NCBI GenBank assembly: GCA_947599925.1 | Contig: CANQFT010000004.1 | Span: 59,349-123,348, forward strand | Reading direction: 5' to 3' | DNA length: 64,000 bases | Source of the DNA: an uncultured Oscillospiraceae bacterium | GTDB lineage: Bacteria; Bacillota; Clostridia; Oscillospirales; Oscillospiraceae | Part shown: one piece after another, positions 19,940 through 30,527 of the stretch | How the letters are laid out: the number at the start of each line of letters is the position of its first letter | How positions within the stretch are numbered: the first letter of the stretch is position 1 | Notes under the pieces: model-generated | What the model was told of the DNA's origin: nothing | The model's input: the letters and a program-made list of their open reading frames with translations, nothing else | Databases searched by the model: none | Program-made: the position numbers and the translations under genes

Positions 19940-20659
19940 TCATGTTGCGGTCTTCCGCGCCCAGCTGGGGAGGTGGGTGGAGAGCGTATCCTGATACAGT
20001 CCCCGGCGGCACTGTTCCCGCAGGGAGATGACCCGTTCTCCCGCCAACAGCAGGTGGTCGCCCAAGAGCTTGCCCGCGCTGGACAACGCCTGGTCCACCA
20101 CGGCTGTGGCCACCAGATCGTTTTTGGAAAAGACGGGGGAGCCGTCGGGGTGGTTGTGGGCCAGCACCACGCTGGCGGCGCCGTGGACGATGGCCAGCCG
20201 CAGGATGCGGGGGATGGAGCAGGTGACTTCCATGGCGCCGCCTCTGGCGACCTGGGCCGCCGTCCGCAGGGACAGGTCCTCGCCCAGACAGAACACGCAC
20301 ACCTGCTCCACGTGCCTGTCCCGGAAGTGGGGCAATACGAATGTCGCCGCGTCCTCTATCGTCCAGAGCCGGACGGTGGGGGCGTAAGCGCCCTGGCCCC
20401 GGCCGGTGTAGCGCGTCACCAGAGCGGGGAGGAGAAGCAAAAACGCCGCGGCGTTCTCTCCCAGCTCGGTGATCCCCAGCATATCCTCCGCCGGAAGCTC
20501 CAGCACCTGCCGCAAGGTCCCGTGGGCGTTCAACAGCCCGTGGGCCAGGCCCCTGGACTTGGTCACGTCCAGCCCGGCCATGTTGAGCAGATGGGCCAGC
20601 AGTTGCAGATCGCTCATCTCCGCCACCACCGGCACGCTGTTTCGCTTGGGTCCCGTCAT
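19940..20659 (-). CDS. radC: RadC-family (JAB/MPN domain) protein
   Basis: N-terminal HhH-like region plus the JAB motif VVLAHNHPDGSPVFSKNDL. Start set at ATG 20659 (MTGPKRN), 5 nt after the rpoD stop. Confidence 0.85.
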   Translation of the reverse strand: MTGPKRNSVPVVAEMSDLQLLAHLLNMAGLDVTKSRGLAHGLLNAHGTLRQVLELPAEDMLGITELGENAAAFLLLLPALVTRYTGRGQGAYAPTVRLWTIEDAATFVLPHFRDRHVEQVCVFCLGEDLSLRTAAQVARGGAMEVTCSIPRILRLAIVHGAASVVLAHNHPDGSPVFSKNDLVATAVVDQALSSAGKLLGDHLLLAGERVISLREQCRRGLYQDTLSTHLPSWARKTAT

Positions 20660-20663
20660 GGGG

Positions 20664-22039
<1,376 letters not shown>

Positions 22040-22043
<4 letters not shown>

Positions 22044-23833
22044 TTCGTATCCTCCGTCTTTTGTTTCTGTTTCAGCTTTTGTTGCAAAGCCAGCAGTTCC
22101 GACTCGCTGGACCGCTCTCCTCCGGCGTCGGCGCGGTGTTCCAGAATGATCTCTATGTAGTCCGCCATGGCCCTCTGGCCTGTGGCCAGAGAGGCCGGGG
22201 CCTGGAGCAGTTGGGCCAGATGGTCGGCCTCCGCGCCGGTGAGCTGGTCGTCAAAGGCGGCGGGGGAGTAGGGCGGGTCGTGGTTCAACAGCAGTCCGTA
22301 GAGTTTGCCCAAAAGGGGAGAGGAGAAGTCCTCTGGCCGCAGGTCTCCGCACAGGCGCAGCAGCGTGTGGTCCAAAAACAGGAGCCGCAGCACCCCCTCC
22401 TCCGCCTTGGCCGAGCGGGGGTCCTCGTAGCGCAGTTCTCTGGCCTTGGGCTGTAAGTTGGCCAGAGGGGTCAGCGCCGTGCGCTCCTCCCTGCGGCGGG
22501 ATTGCCGGGACCGCCGCCGCCGAAACTCCTCCACCTCGTGGAGCACCGCCTCTTTGGACACCTCCGCCCTCTGGGCGGCGCGGACGGCGTAGATCTCCCG
22601 CTCCACCGGGCTGTTGAGCTCCGCCAGCACCGGGATGGCGGCCTTGAGATAGGCCACCCGCCCCTCGTCGGTGCCCACGTCGTGGGCCGCCGCCACCGTC
22701 TCCAGCTTGTAGGCCGTCTGGTCCTCGCTGCCGGCCAGCAGCCGCTCAAAGGCGGCGGGGCCCTGGAACTTGATGAAGTCGTCCGGGTCCTGCTTCACCA
22801 GCTCTCCGCTCTCCGTCCTGCGCCGGGGCAGTTGGAGGACCCGGACGGAAAAATCCGTGTCCCGCAGTACCGCCATGGCCCGCTCGGTGGCGTCCACGCC
22901 CGCGGCGTCGTTGTCGTAGCACAGCACCAGTTCTTTGGTGTAGCGCCCCATGAGCCGGACGTGGTCCTGGGTCAGCGCCGTGCCCATGGTAGCCACGGCG
23001 TTGTCAAAGCCCGCTTGGTGCAGGGTGATCACGTCCAGATTGCCCTCCACCAGAAGCAAAGACCGCCGCTTGGTCATCTTGGCGAAGTTGATGCCGTAGA
23101 GGATACCCCGCTTTTTGAATATGGCGGTCTCCGGGGTGTTGAGATACTTGGGGGTGGAGTCGTCCATGACCCGGCTGGTAAAGCCCAGCACGTCCCCGCC
23201 GGCGTCGATGACAGGGAGCATCAGGCGGTTGCGGAACTTGTCGTACACCCCGCCGTTCTTCCCCGCCACCACGAGCCCCGCCTCCAACAGCTCGCCCTTT
23301 TCGTAGCCCTGGGCGGCCATGGCCCGGATCAGACTGTCCCAACTGTCCGGGGCCGCGCCCAGGCCAAAGCGTTTGATATACGCCGCCGTCAGCCGCCGCT
23401 TCTCCATGGCGTAGCGGAGCATGGGCGCGCCCTGGGGCGTCTTGAGCGTGTCGTAGTAAAACCGCGCCGCGGCCCGGTTCAACTCCAACAGCCGTCTGCG
23501 GTGGGCCCTGCGCGCCTGGGACGCCTGGTCCTCCTCCGGCATCTCCAGCCCCGCTCTGGCGGCCAGCTTCCGCACCGCCTCCACGAAGGTGAGATTCTCC
23601 GCCTCCATCACGAACCGCACCACGCTGCCGCCCTTGCCGCAGCCAAAGCAGTGGAAGATGTGCTTTTCCGGCGAGACGGAAAAGGAGGGCGTCTTCTCGC
23701 TGTGAAAGGGGCACAGGCCCCACAGGTTGCCGCCCTTGGCGGTGAGAGGCACATAGTCGGCCACCACCTCCTCGATGGGACACCGGGCGGTGAGCTCGTC
23801 CAAAAACGACTGGGGAATGGCCAACCTTGTCAC
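22040..23833 (-). CDS. dnaG: DNA primase
   Basis: Zinc-binding motif [29 protein letters not shown], Toprim [14 protein letters not shown]. The stop overlaps the rpoD ATG (ATGA). The true start may be TTG at 23824, 8 nt after AGGAGG. Confidence 0.95.
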
Positions 23834-23908
23834 CTCCTTTTGGAGTATAGCCCGGTCCCGGGGGTGTTTAGACAGAAAAACGCCGCCCGCTCTCCGGCCG
23901 CGCCGCCG

Positions 23909-24913
23909 TCACTTCACCGTCCACGCCTTGGGGATAAAGGCGTCGGAGTACTGCTCCACGGCGTACTTGTCCGTCATCCCCGCGATGTAGTCGCACACCG
24001 CCCGCTCCGGGCCCTCGGCCTGGGCGATGGCGTAGTAGTCGCCCGGCAGCTTGTCCAGGTGGTTTACATAATAATGGAACAGCTGCTCCAACATCCCCTG
24101 CGCCCGGACCTCCTCTCCCTTGGCCACGGGGTTTCGATAGACCGCCTCGAACATAAACTCCCGCAGGGCGTCCAGCGCCTCTTTCCGGCCGGGGCTCAGG
24201 CGGACGCTCTCCCCGTCGGCGCTCTGGGCGATGGCGTCGCAGGTCAGGGTGTTGATGCGCTCGCCGTGGGAAAACCCCAGCGCCTGCTGGAGTTCCAGAG
24301 GGATGTCCATGGGGAAGATGATGCCCCCGCGCACGGCGTCGTCAATGTCGTGGTTGATGTAGGCGATGTGGTCGGCAAGGCGCACGCACTGGCCCTCCAG
24401 GGTGGCCGCCAGCGGGTCCACCGTGTGGCGAAGGATGCCGTCTCGGACCTCCCAGCAGAGATTCAGCCCCTCGCCGCCGTTCTCCAACCGCTCCACCACG
24501 CGCAGGGACTGTTCGTAGTGGCGAAAGCCGCCTGGCATGATCTGGTCCAGCAGCCGCTCTCCGGCGTGGCCAAAGGGGGTGTGCCCCAGGTCGTGGCCCA
24601 TGGCGATGGCCTCTGTCAAGTCCTCGTTGAGCCGCAGACCACGGGCCACGGTCCGGGCGATGCGTGTGACTTCCAGGGTGTGGGTCATGCGCGTGCGGTA
24701 GTGGTCCCCCTCCGGCTGTAAAAAGACCTGGGTCTTGTGCTTGAGCCGCCGGAAGGCTTTGCAGTGGACGATGCGGTCCACGTCCCGCTGAAAACAGGTC
24801 CGCACCGCGCAGGGCTCCACGTCCCTTTCCCGGCCGCGGCTCTGGGTGGACAGGCAGGCGTAGGGCGCCAGGATCTCCCGCTCCCGCGCCTCCAACTGTT
24901 CCCGGACGTTCAT
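23909..24913 (-). CDS. dgt: dGTP triphosphohydrolase-like HD-domain protein
   Basis: 334 aa. F.RD.DRI.H...FRRL..KTQV and the HD motif RMTHTLEVTRIAR...GHDLGHTPFGH. Confidence 0.9.
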   Translation of the reverse strand: MNVREQLEAREREILAPYACLSTQSRGRERDVEPCAVRTCFQRDVDRIVHCKAFRRLKHKTQVFLQPEGDHYRTRMTHTLEVTRIARTVARGLRLNEDLTEAIAMGHDLGHTPFGHAGERLLDQIMPGGFRHYEQSLRVVERLENGGEGLNLCWEVRDGILRHTVDPLAATLEGQCVRLADHIAYINHDIDDAVRGGIIFPMDIPLELQQALGFSHGERINTLTCDAIAQSADGESVRLSPGRKEALDALREFMFEAVYRNPVAKGEEVRAQGMLEQLFHYYVNHLDKLPGDYYAIAQAEGPERAVCDYIAGMTDKYAVEQYSDAFIPKAWTVK

Positions 24914-25008
24914 GGGGCCCGCCCTCCTCTCAAATCAAATGTTCACAGACAAAGCATATATACGCCCTCGGCGGCCCAAAACCCTTTTCTCTCCCCAAAA
25001 TTTTCACG

Positions 25009-25037
25009 AAAAAAGGCCCCGGCCTCAGACCGGGGCC
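25009..25037 (-). terminator. Terminator of yigZ (the hairpin embeds the stop codon)
   Basis: Minus strand GGCCCCGG-UCUGAGG-CCGGGGCC followed by UUUUUU. Confidence 0.65.
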
Positions 25038-25642
25038 ATCACCTGGCCCAACGTCTCCGGGACCAACGCCCCTGCGGTCAACTCCCGCACGGCATCGGAA
25101 AAGCCCTGGGCCCGGTCTCCGGGAAAGCGCAGGGTCAGCCGGACCCCGTCGGCGTACTGGACGTCCTCCACCGCGCCGCCGCTTTGCCGGCACAGGAGCT
25201 TCACCTGTTCCAGCAGGGGATAGGGGCAGTTGAGCCCCAGCCGCCGCCACGGGACCATCCGCCCTGTGCCCGCCGCCGCCAGCGCGTCCTTGGCGCTCTG
25301 GGTGTACGCCCGGACCAGTCCGCCCGCCCCCAACAGCACGCCGCCAAAATACCGGGTCACAACGCACACCAGATCCGTGACCCCCGCCTTTTGAAACACG
25401 CCCAGCATGGGCACCCCCGCCGTGCCCTGGGGCTCGCCGTCGTCGCTGTACCGCTCCGCGCCGGAGCTGAGGCGGTAGCACCAGCAGTTGTGCCGGGCGT
25501 CCCGGTGCCGCTTTTTGACCCGCTCCAAAAAGGCCCTGGCCGCCTCCTCGCTGTCCACGGGCAGAATGTGCCCGATGAACCGGGACCGCTTTTCCACATA
25601 CTCCGCCTCGGCCTCCGCCAAGGGGACCAGATACCCCTCCAT
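25025..25642 (-). CDS. yigZ: YigZ / IMPACT family protein
   Basis: 205 aa. KRSRFIGH..., HNCWCYRL, DDGEPQGTAG.P, VVTRYFGGVLLGAGGL. Confidence 0.88.
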   Translation of the reverse strand: MEGYLVPLAEAEAEYVEKRSRFIGHILPVDSEEAARAFLERVKKRHRDARHNCWCYRLSSGAERYSDDGEPQGTAGVPMLGVFQKAGVTDLVCVVTRYFGGVLLGAGGLVRAYTQSAKDALAAAGTGRMVPWRRLGLNCPYPLLEQVKLLCRQSGGAVEDVQYADGVRLTLRFPGDRAQGFSDAVRELTAGALVPETLGQVMAPV

Positions 25643-25657
25643 AGCCTCACCTCTGCC

Positions 25658-26926
25658 TCAGATCCGCTCCTGGACGATATAGTCCTTCATCTGCCCCAGG
25701 GTCCTGGGGGTACACACGGCGGTGACCTGAATGGCCGCCTCGCCGTACTCCACCGCCTCCACCTTGGCCTCGCGGTAGAGTTGGTCCAGGGCGCCGCCCT
25801 TGTGGTAGGGCAGGGCGATGACCACTCTCCGCTTGCCTGTGTCCAGCCGCCGGGCCATCTCCTGGCGGAGCCGGTCCAGCCCTTCCCCGGTCCGCGCGGA
25901 GACCCACACCATGTCCTCGCCGTGGGGCAGGATGTCCCCGGCGCAGAGGTCGCACTTGTTAAAGACCTCCAGCCTGGGTGTCTCCCACGCGCCCAGGGAG
26001 CGGATCAGCTCCTCCACGACCTGCCGCTGTTCCCGCCACAGGGGGTTCGAGGCGTCGATGACGTGGACGAGCAGGTCCGCGAAGCTCAGCTCCTCCAGCG
26101 TGGCCTTGAAGGCCGCCACCAGATGGTGGGGCAGTTTGCGGATAAAGCCCACCGTGTCGGACAGCAGGACCGTGCAGGTGTCGGACAGCTCCAGCGTTCT
26201 GGTGGTGGTGTCCAGGGTGTCGAAGAGCCTGTCGTTGGCGGGGATGTCCGCGCCGGTCATGGCGTTGAGCAGGGTGGATTTGCCCGCGTTGGTATAGCCC
26301 ACCAGGGCCGCCACCGGCACCTCGTTCTTCTCCCGCCGTTCCCGCTGGGTGGAGCGCACCCGGCGCACGTCCTCCAGCTCCTCCTTGAGCTTGGCGATCT
26401 TCCGCCGGATGTGCCGCCTGTCGCTCTCCAGCTGGGTCTCGCCGGGGCCGCGTGTGCCGATGGCGCCCTCCTGCCGCTCCAGATGGGTCCACATCCCCGT
26501 CAGCCGGGGCAGCAGATACTGGTACTGGGCCAGCTCCACCTGCAGCCGCCCCTCCTTGGTCTGGGCCCGCTGGGCGAAGATGTCCAGGATCAGCGCCTCG
26601 CGGTCCAGCACCTGCACCTTCAGTTCCTGGTTCAGCACCCGCAGCTGGGAGGGGGAGAGGGGGTTGTCAAAGACCACCAGATCCGCCCCCGTCGCGGCCA
26701 CCAGTTCCTGCACCTCCTCCAGCTTGCCCTCGCCGATGAAGGTCCGGGGGTCGGGGGCGTCCTTGGTCTGCAAAACGGTGCCCGCGCACACGCCTCCGGC
26801 GGTCTCCAGCAGCGCCGTCAACTCAACCAGCGTGTCCTCGTCGGCGTTGTCCTCCCTGTCCAGCGCCCTGGCGTTCAGCCCCACCAGCACGCCCTTTTGG
26901 ACCTTTTTCTCTTCCGTTGTGTTCAT
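25658..26926 (-). CDS. hflX: GTPase HflX
   Basis: 422 aa. HflX N-domain, RGPGETQLE, G1 GYTNAGKSTL, DTVGF, NKCD. Confidence 0.95.
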   Translation of the reverse strand: MNTTEEKKVQKGVLVGLNARALDREDNADEDTLVELTALLETAGGVCAGTVLQTKDAPDPRTFIGEGKLEEVQELVAATGADLVVFDNPLSPSQLRVLNQELKVQVLDREALILDIFAQRAQTKEGRLQVELAQYQYLLPRLTGMWTHLERQEGAIGTRGPGETQLESDRRHIRRKIAKLKEELEDVRRVRSTQRERREKNEVPVAALVGYTNAGKSTLLNAMTGADIPANDRLFDTLDTTTRTLELSDTCTVLLSDTVGFIRKLPHHLVAAFKATLEELSFADLLVHVIDASNPLWREQRQVVEELIRSLGAWETPRLEVFNKCDLCAGDILPHGEDMVWVSARTGEGLDRLRQEMARRLDTGKRRVVIALPYHKGGALDQLYREAKVEAVEYGEAAIQVTAVCTPRTLGQMKDYIVQERI

Positions 26927-27427
26927 TTACCTCTGGTAGACCTCCATGATCTCGCCGATATACATCCTGTGGTAGTCCTTGCCCGGATAGTTGGCCCCGT
27001 CGATGGCCCCGTCCAAAAAGTGCCCCGGCTCGATGTCGTCAAAATAGAGCTTTTTGCACACCATCACCAGTTCCGCCTCCTGAAAATAGGGTGCGTCGCC
27101 CGCGCCGTAGGCCACGGTGAAGCCGCACTGGGCGACCTTGTCCACCTCGCGGCCCGACGTGCTGCCGCAGAGCTTCAGCGCGTCCCGCCACGCCTGGCCG
27201 AAGAAGGCCACGGTGAAATACCCGCCCTTTTCCATAAACGCGTAGGTGTACCGCTGGGGCCGGACATAGACCGTCACCACATTCTTGCCCCACAATACGC
27301 CCATGCCGCCCCACGACGCGGTCATGGTATTGAGACCCTCTTTGTCCCCGGCGGTCAGCAGCATCCACTGCTGGCCGATGGCGGAGAACACGTTTTGCCG
27401 GATGTCCTCGACCTGGATCTTTTTCAT
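26927..27427 (-). CDS. Flavin reductase-like (FMN-binding split-barrel) protein
   Basis: MKKIQVEDI...LLTAGDKEGLNTMTASWGG.... Start at ATG 27427 with a GAAGGAGGG RBS. Confidence 0.8.
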   Translation of the reverse strand: MKKIQVEDIRQNVFSAIGQQWMLLTAGDKEGLNTMTASWGGMGVLWGKNVVTVYVRPQRYTYAFMEKGGYFTVAFFGQAWRDALKLCGSTSGREVDKVAQCGFTVAYGAGDAPYFQEAELVMVCKKLYFDDIEPGHFLDGAIDGANYPGKDYHRMYIGEIMEVYQR

Positions 27428-27476
27428 ACAAAAGCCCTCCTTCACGCGGATACTGTTATTGTATGCCCATTTGTTG

Positions 27477-27510
27477 AAAAAAGCCCGCACTCTTCACAAG
27501 TGCGGGCCCT
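27477..27510 (-). terminator. Rho-independent terminator of rpmE
   Basis: Minus strand GCCCGCACU-UGUGAAG-AGUGCGGGC followed by UUUUUU. Confidence 0.8.
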
Positions 27511-27523
27511 TCTCTGTGGCTGG

Positions 27524-27730
27524 TCACTTCTGGTCCAGACCGAACTTCTTGTTGAAGCGGCTGACCCGTCCGCCGGTGTCTACCACCTTCTGCTTGCCGG
27601 TGTAGAAGGGATGACACTTGGAGCAGACTTCCACGCGGATGTCCTTCTTGGTGGACCCGGTGGCGATCACGTTACCGCAGGCGCACCGGATGGTGGTCTG
27701 CTCGTAAGCGGGATGGATGCCTTCCTTCAT
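27524..27730 (-). CDS. rpmE: 50S ribosomal protein L31 (type A, Zn-ribbon)
   Basis: MKEGIHPAY...CACGN...[13 protein letters not shown], 68 aa. Confidence 0.96.
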   Translation of the reverse strand: MKEGIHPAYEQTTIRCACGNVIATGSTKKDIRVEVCSKCHPFYTGKQKVVDTGGRVSRFNKKFGLDQK

Positions 27731-27786
27731 GTGGATTCACCTCTTTGTTCACGATTTGCGTATGTAATTTGGCATACGCAACCTGT

Positions 27787-27815
27787 ATCTTACCACGTTC
27801 CCCGAAAAAATGCAA
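27787..27815 (-). promoter_or_regulatory. Sigma-A type promoter of rpmE
   Basis: Minus strand TTGCAT (27815-27810), 17 nt, TAAGAT (27792-27787). Confidence 0.45.
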
Positions 27816-27906
27816 GCCCTTTTTCCGCAAAAATAATCAGGAAAGAGACAAAGACGAAATGGAAAAGAGGACCGGCCCCGCGCTGCTTCCCGCCTCCGCC
27901 TGGGGC

Positions 27907-28482
27907 TCACTCCGCCAGCGGCGTGTGGTCGCAGACCTCCCGTATCTTGGCCTGCAGAGCTTTCAGGTCCAAAAAGGTCTCCGGCTTCTTCCGCGGGTCC
28001 CGCAGCAGAGCCGCCGGGTGAAACAGGGCCATCATCCGCACGCCGTTCTTCTCGAACCACTTGCCGTGCTCCTGGGTGATCTTAAAGTCCTCCTTGATGA
28101 CCCGCATAGCGGCCACGCGGCCCAGACACACGATGATCTTGGGCCGCAGCAGGGCGACCTGGTTGCGGAGATAGCCGATGCAGGCGTCCTCCTCGGTGTT
28201 CAGCGGGTCCCGGTTGTGGGGCGGACGGCACTTGACGATGTTGGCGATGTACACGTCCTGGCGGCGGAGGCCGATGGCCCCCATCATGTCGTCCAGCAGC
28301 TGGCCGCCCCGCCCCACAAAGGGCTCGCCTGTCAGGTCCTCGTTTTCGCCGGGCCCCTCGCCGATGAAGAGCACCTCCGCCGCGCGGGAGCCCACGCCAA
28401 AGACCACGTTGGTCCGCGTCTCCCACAGCGAGCAGTTTTTGCAGCCTTTGCAGGTCTGTTCCAGGGTGTCCCAATCCATCAT
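27907..28482 (-). CDS. Uracil-DNA glycosylase, family 4
   Basis: CKGCKNC...VVFGVG...LFIGEGPGENED..GEPFVGRGGQLLD...NIVKCRPP.NR.P. Start at ATG 28482 (AGGAGG RBS). Confidence 0.9.
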   Translation of the reverse strand: MMDWDTLEQTCKGCKNCSLWETRTNVVFGVGSRAAEVLFIGEGPGENEDLTGEPFVGRGGQLLDDMMGAIGLRRQDVYIANIVKCRPPHNRDPLNTEEDACIGYLRNQVALLRPKIIVCLGRVAAMRVIKEDFKITQEHGKWFEKNGVRMMALFHPAALLRDPRKKPETFLDLKALQAKIREVCDHTPLAE

Positions 28483-28563
28483 CTCGACCGTCCTCCTTTG
28501 CGCCTTGCACATAGTATACAAAATTCCGCGGCAAAAGGGAAGAGGCTTTTGGAGAAGTTTTTG

Positions 28564-28592
28564 TTGACAATTTTGCAAGTTGGTGTTATGCT
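28564..28592 (+). promoter_or_regulatory. Sigma-A type promoter of the aspS-gatCAB leader
   Basis: TTGACA (28564-28569), 17 nt, TATGCT (28587-28592). Confidence 0.5.
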
Positions 28593-28599
28593 ACTTGCA

Positions 28600-28863
28600 T
28601 ATTCAGAAAACGGCGATGAAAAAGACCGCCCGCCACGGCAGCCGACAGGGAAGCTGGGCCACCGATTGAGAGCCCGGCGCGGAAAGACGGCGCGGCGCAA
28701 CGCTTTGGAGCCGGCGATTCGATGGGGTCCGAGCCCGGAGGGTCGCCCGTATGCCCTACGTTACAGGGGTTTCAGAGTGGGCAGGGGAGAGACCCCTTGC
28801 CAACTTGGGTGGTACCGCGGAGAGATTCGCCCCAAGCCGAAATAATCGGCTTGGGGCGTTTTT
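28600..28863 (+). promoter_or_regulatory. T-box riboswitch leader of aspS-gatCAB
   Basis: GAUGA K-turn element (28615-28619), AGAGA-like bulge (GAGAG), T-box sequence UGGGUGGUACCGCGG (28806-28820), and terminator CGCCCCAAGCCGA-loop-UCGGCUUGGGGCG-UUUUU (28829-28863). Confidence 0.88.
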
Positions 28864-28896
28864 GTCCCACTTTTTTCCATAGGGGAGTTGAGAACG

Positions 28897-30213
28897 ATGA
28901 CCACCATCACAGGAAAGTTTCTCCGAGAGGACTTGCAAATCGGCCAGTTGGCCGACCATGTGGGCCAACGGGCCCAGCTCCGTGGCGCGGTCCACGGCCT
29001 GCGGGACCTGGGCGGCGTGGTTTTTCTCACCTTGCGAAAGGGCGACGGCGTGGTCCAGTGCGTGTGCCCGCCGGAGCTCGTGCCCCAGGCGCTCTGCCAG
29101 GAGGCCACCGTGAAGCTCACCGGCGCGGTGCGGCAGGAGCCCCGCGCTCCCCGCGGCGTGGAGCTGGCGGTGGAGGCGGTGGAGATCCTCTCCCTACCGG
29201 CGCGGCCCATGCCGGTGCCCATCTCCAAGGACAAGCTGAACCTGAAGCTGGACACCGAGCTGGCCCTGCGGCCGTTGACGGTGCGGAATCTGCGCCAGCG
29301 GGCGGTTTTCCGCATCCAGGCCGTCATCGCCGGGGCTTTCCGGACGTATCTGGACAGCCAGAACTTCACCGAGGTCCACACGCCCAAGATCGTCTCCGCC
29401 GGGGCCGAGGGCGGCTCCAACATCTTCCGGCTGAGCTACTTTGGCCGCAAGGCGTTCCTGGCCCAGTCCCCGCAGTTTTACAAGCAGACCATGGTGGGCT
29501 CTCTGGAGCGGGTCTACGAGGTAGCCCCCGTCTTTCGCGCCGAGAAGCACGCCACGGCCCGCCACCTGAACGAATACACCTCTCTGGACTGCGAGATGGG
29601 CTACATCGACAGCTTTTACGACCTTTTGGAGCTGGAGGCGGGCTTCCTGCGCCACTGCATGGAGGCCCTGAAGGAGCGCTGTGGCCGGGAACTGCGCTAT
29701 CTGGGCGTGGTGGTCCCGGAGATCGGCGAGATCCCCGCCGTGCCCTTCGAGGAGGCCAAGCGCCTGGCTTCGGAGGCGTACAGCCGCCCCATCCGGGACC
29801 CCTTCGACCTGGAGCCGGAGGAGGAGCACCTGATCGGCCGCTACTGGAAGGAGCGCACGGGCAGCGACTTTGTTTTCGTCACCCACTACCCCAGCAAAAA
29901 GCGCCCCTTCTACGCCATGGACGATCCCGCCGACCCCCGCTACACCCTCTCCTTCGACCTCCTGTTCCGCGGTGTGGAGATCACCACCGGCGGCCAGCGC
30001 ATCCACGACTACGCCCAGCAGGTGGAGAAGATGGTCAAGCGGGGCATGGACCCGGCGGAGTTCACCGACTTTTTGATGATCCACCAGCACGGTATGCCGC
30101 CCCACGGGGGCATGGGCATCGGCCTGGAGCGGCTCACCATGCAGCTTTGCGGGCTGGACAACGTGCGCCACGCCTGCCTGTTTCCCAGAGACATCCACCG
30201 CTTGACGCCGTAA
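28897..30213 (+). CDS. aspS: Aspartate--tRNA ligase, archaeal/type-2 (probably non-discriminating)
   Basis: Short (~438 aa) AspRS lacking the bacterial GAD insertion. Class II motifs FRAE, GGQRIHD, GMGIGLERL. ATG 28897 is preferred over the track TTG 28888 because the AGGGGAG RBS lies 9 nt upstream. Confidence 0.9.
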   Translation: MTTITGKFLREDLQIGQLADHVGQRAQLRGAVHGLRDLGGVVFLTLRKGDGVVQCVCPPELVPQALCQEATVKLTGAVRQEPRAPRGVELAVEAVEILSLPARPMPVPISKDKLNLKLDTELALRPLTVRNLRQRAVFRIQAVIAGAFRTYLDSQNFTEVHTPKIVSAGAEGGSNIFRLSYFGRKAFLAQSPQFYKQTMVGSLERVYEVAPVFRAEKHATARHLNEYTSLDCEMGYIDSFYDLLELEAGFLRHCMEALKERCGRELRYLGVVVPEIGEIPAVPFEEAKRLASEAYSRPIRDPFDLEPEEEHLIGRYWKERTGSDFVFVTHYPSKKRPFYAMDDPADPRYTLSFDLLFRGVEITTGGQRIHDYAQQVEKMVKRGMDPAEFTDFLMIHQHGMPPHGGMGIGLERLTMQLCGLDNVRHACLFPRDIHRLTP

Positions 30214-30225
30214 GGAGGAGAGAAC

Positions 30226-30513
30226 ATGAAGATCACAGAGGAAATGGTCGATTACGTGGCCGGCCTCTCCCGGCTCAGACTGGACCCGGAGGAGCGGGGC
30301 GACATGACCCGTGAGCTGGAGCAGATCGTCAGCTACATGGACGTGCTCTCCCAGGTGGACACCCAGGGCGTGGAGCCTCTGAGCCACGTTTTGCCCGTGT
30401 GCAACGTGACCCGGCCCGACGTGGTGGAGCCGTCCTTTGACCGGGAAGCGCTCCTGCGGGGCGCGCCCAAGCGGGACGAGGCCACCTTCCTGGTGCCCAA
30501 GGCCGTGGAGTGA
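30226..30513 (+). CDS. gatC: Asp-tRNA(Asn)/Glu-tRNA(Gln) amidotransferase subunit C
   Basis: 95 aa. V..VA.LSRL.L..EE......L..I..YMD.L..VDT.GVEP. Confidence 0.93.
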   Translation: MKITEEMVDYVAGLSRLRLDPEERGDMTRELEQIVSYMDVLSQVDTQGVEPLSHVLPVCNVTRPDVVEPSFDREALLRGAPKRDEATFLVPKAVE

Positions 30514-30527
30514 GGAGGGAAGGAGAC

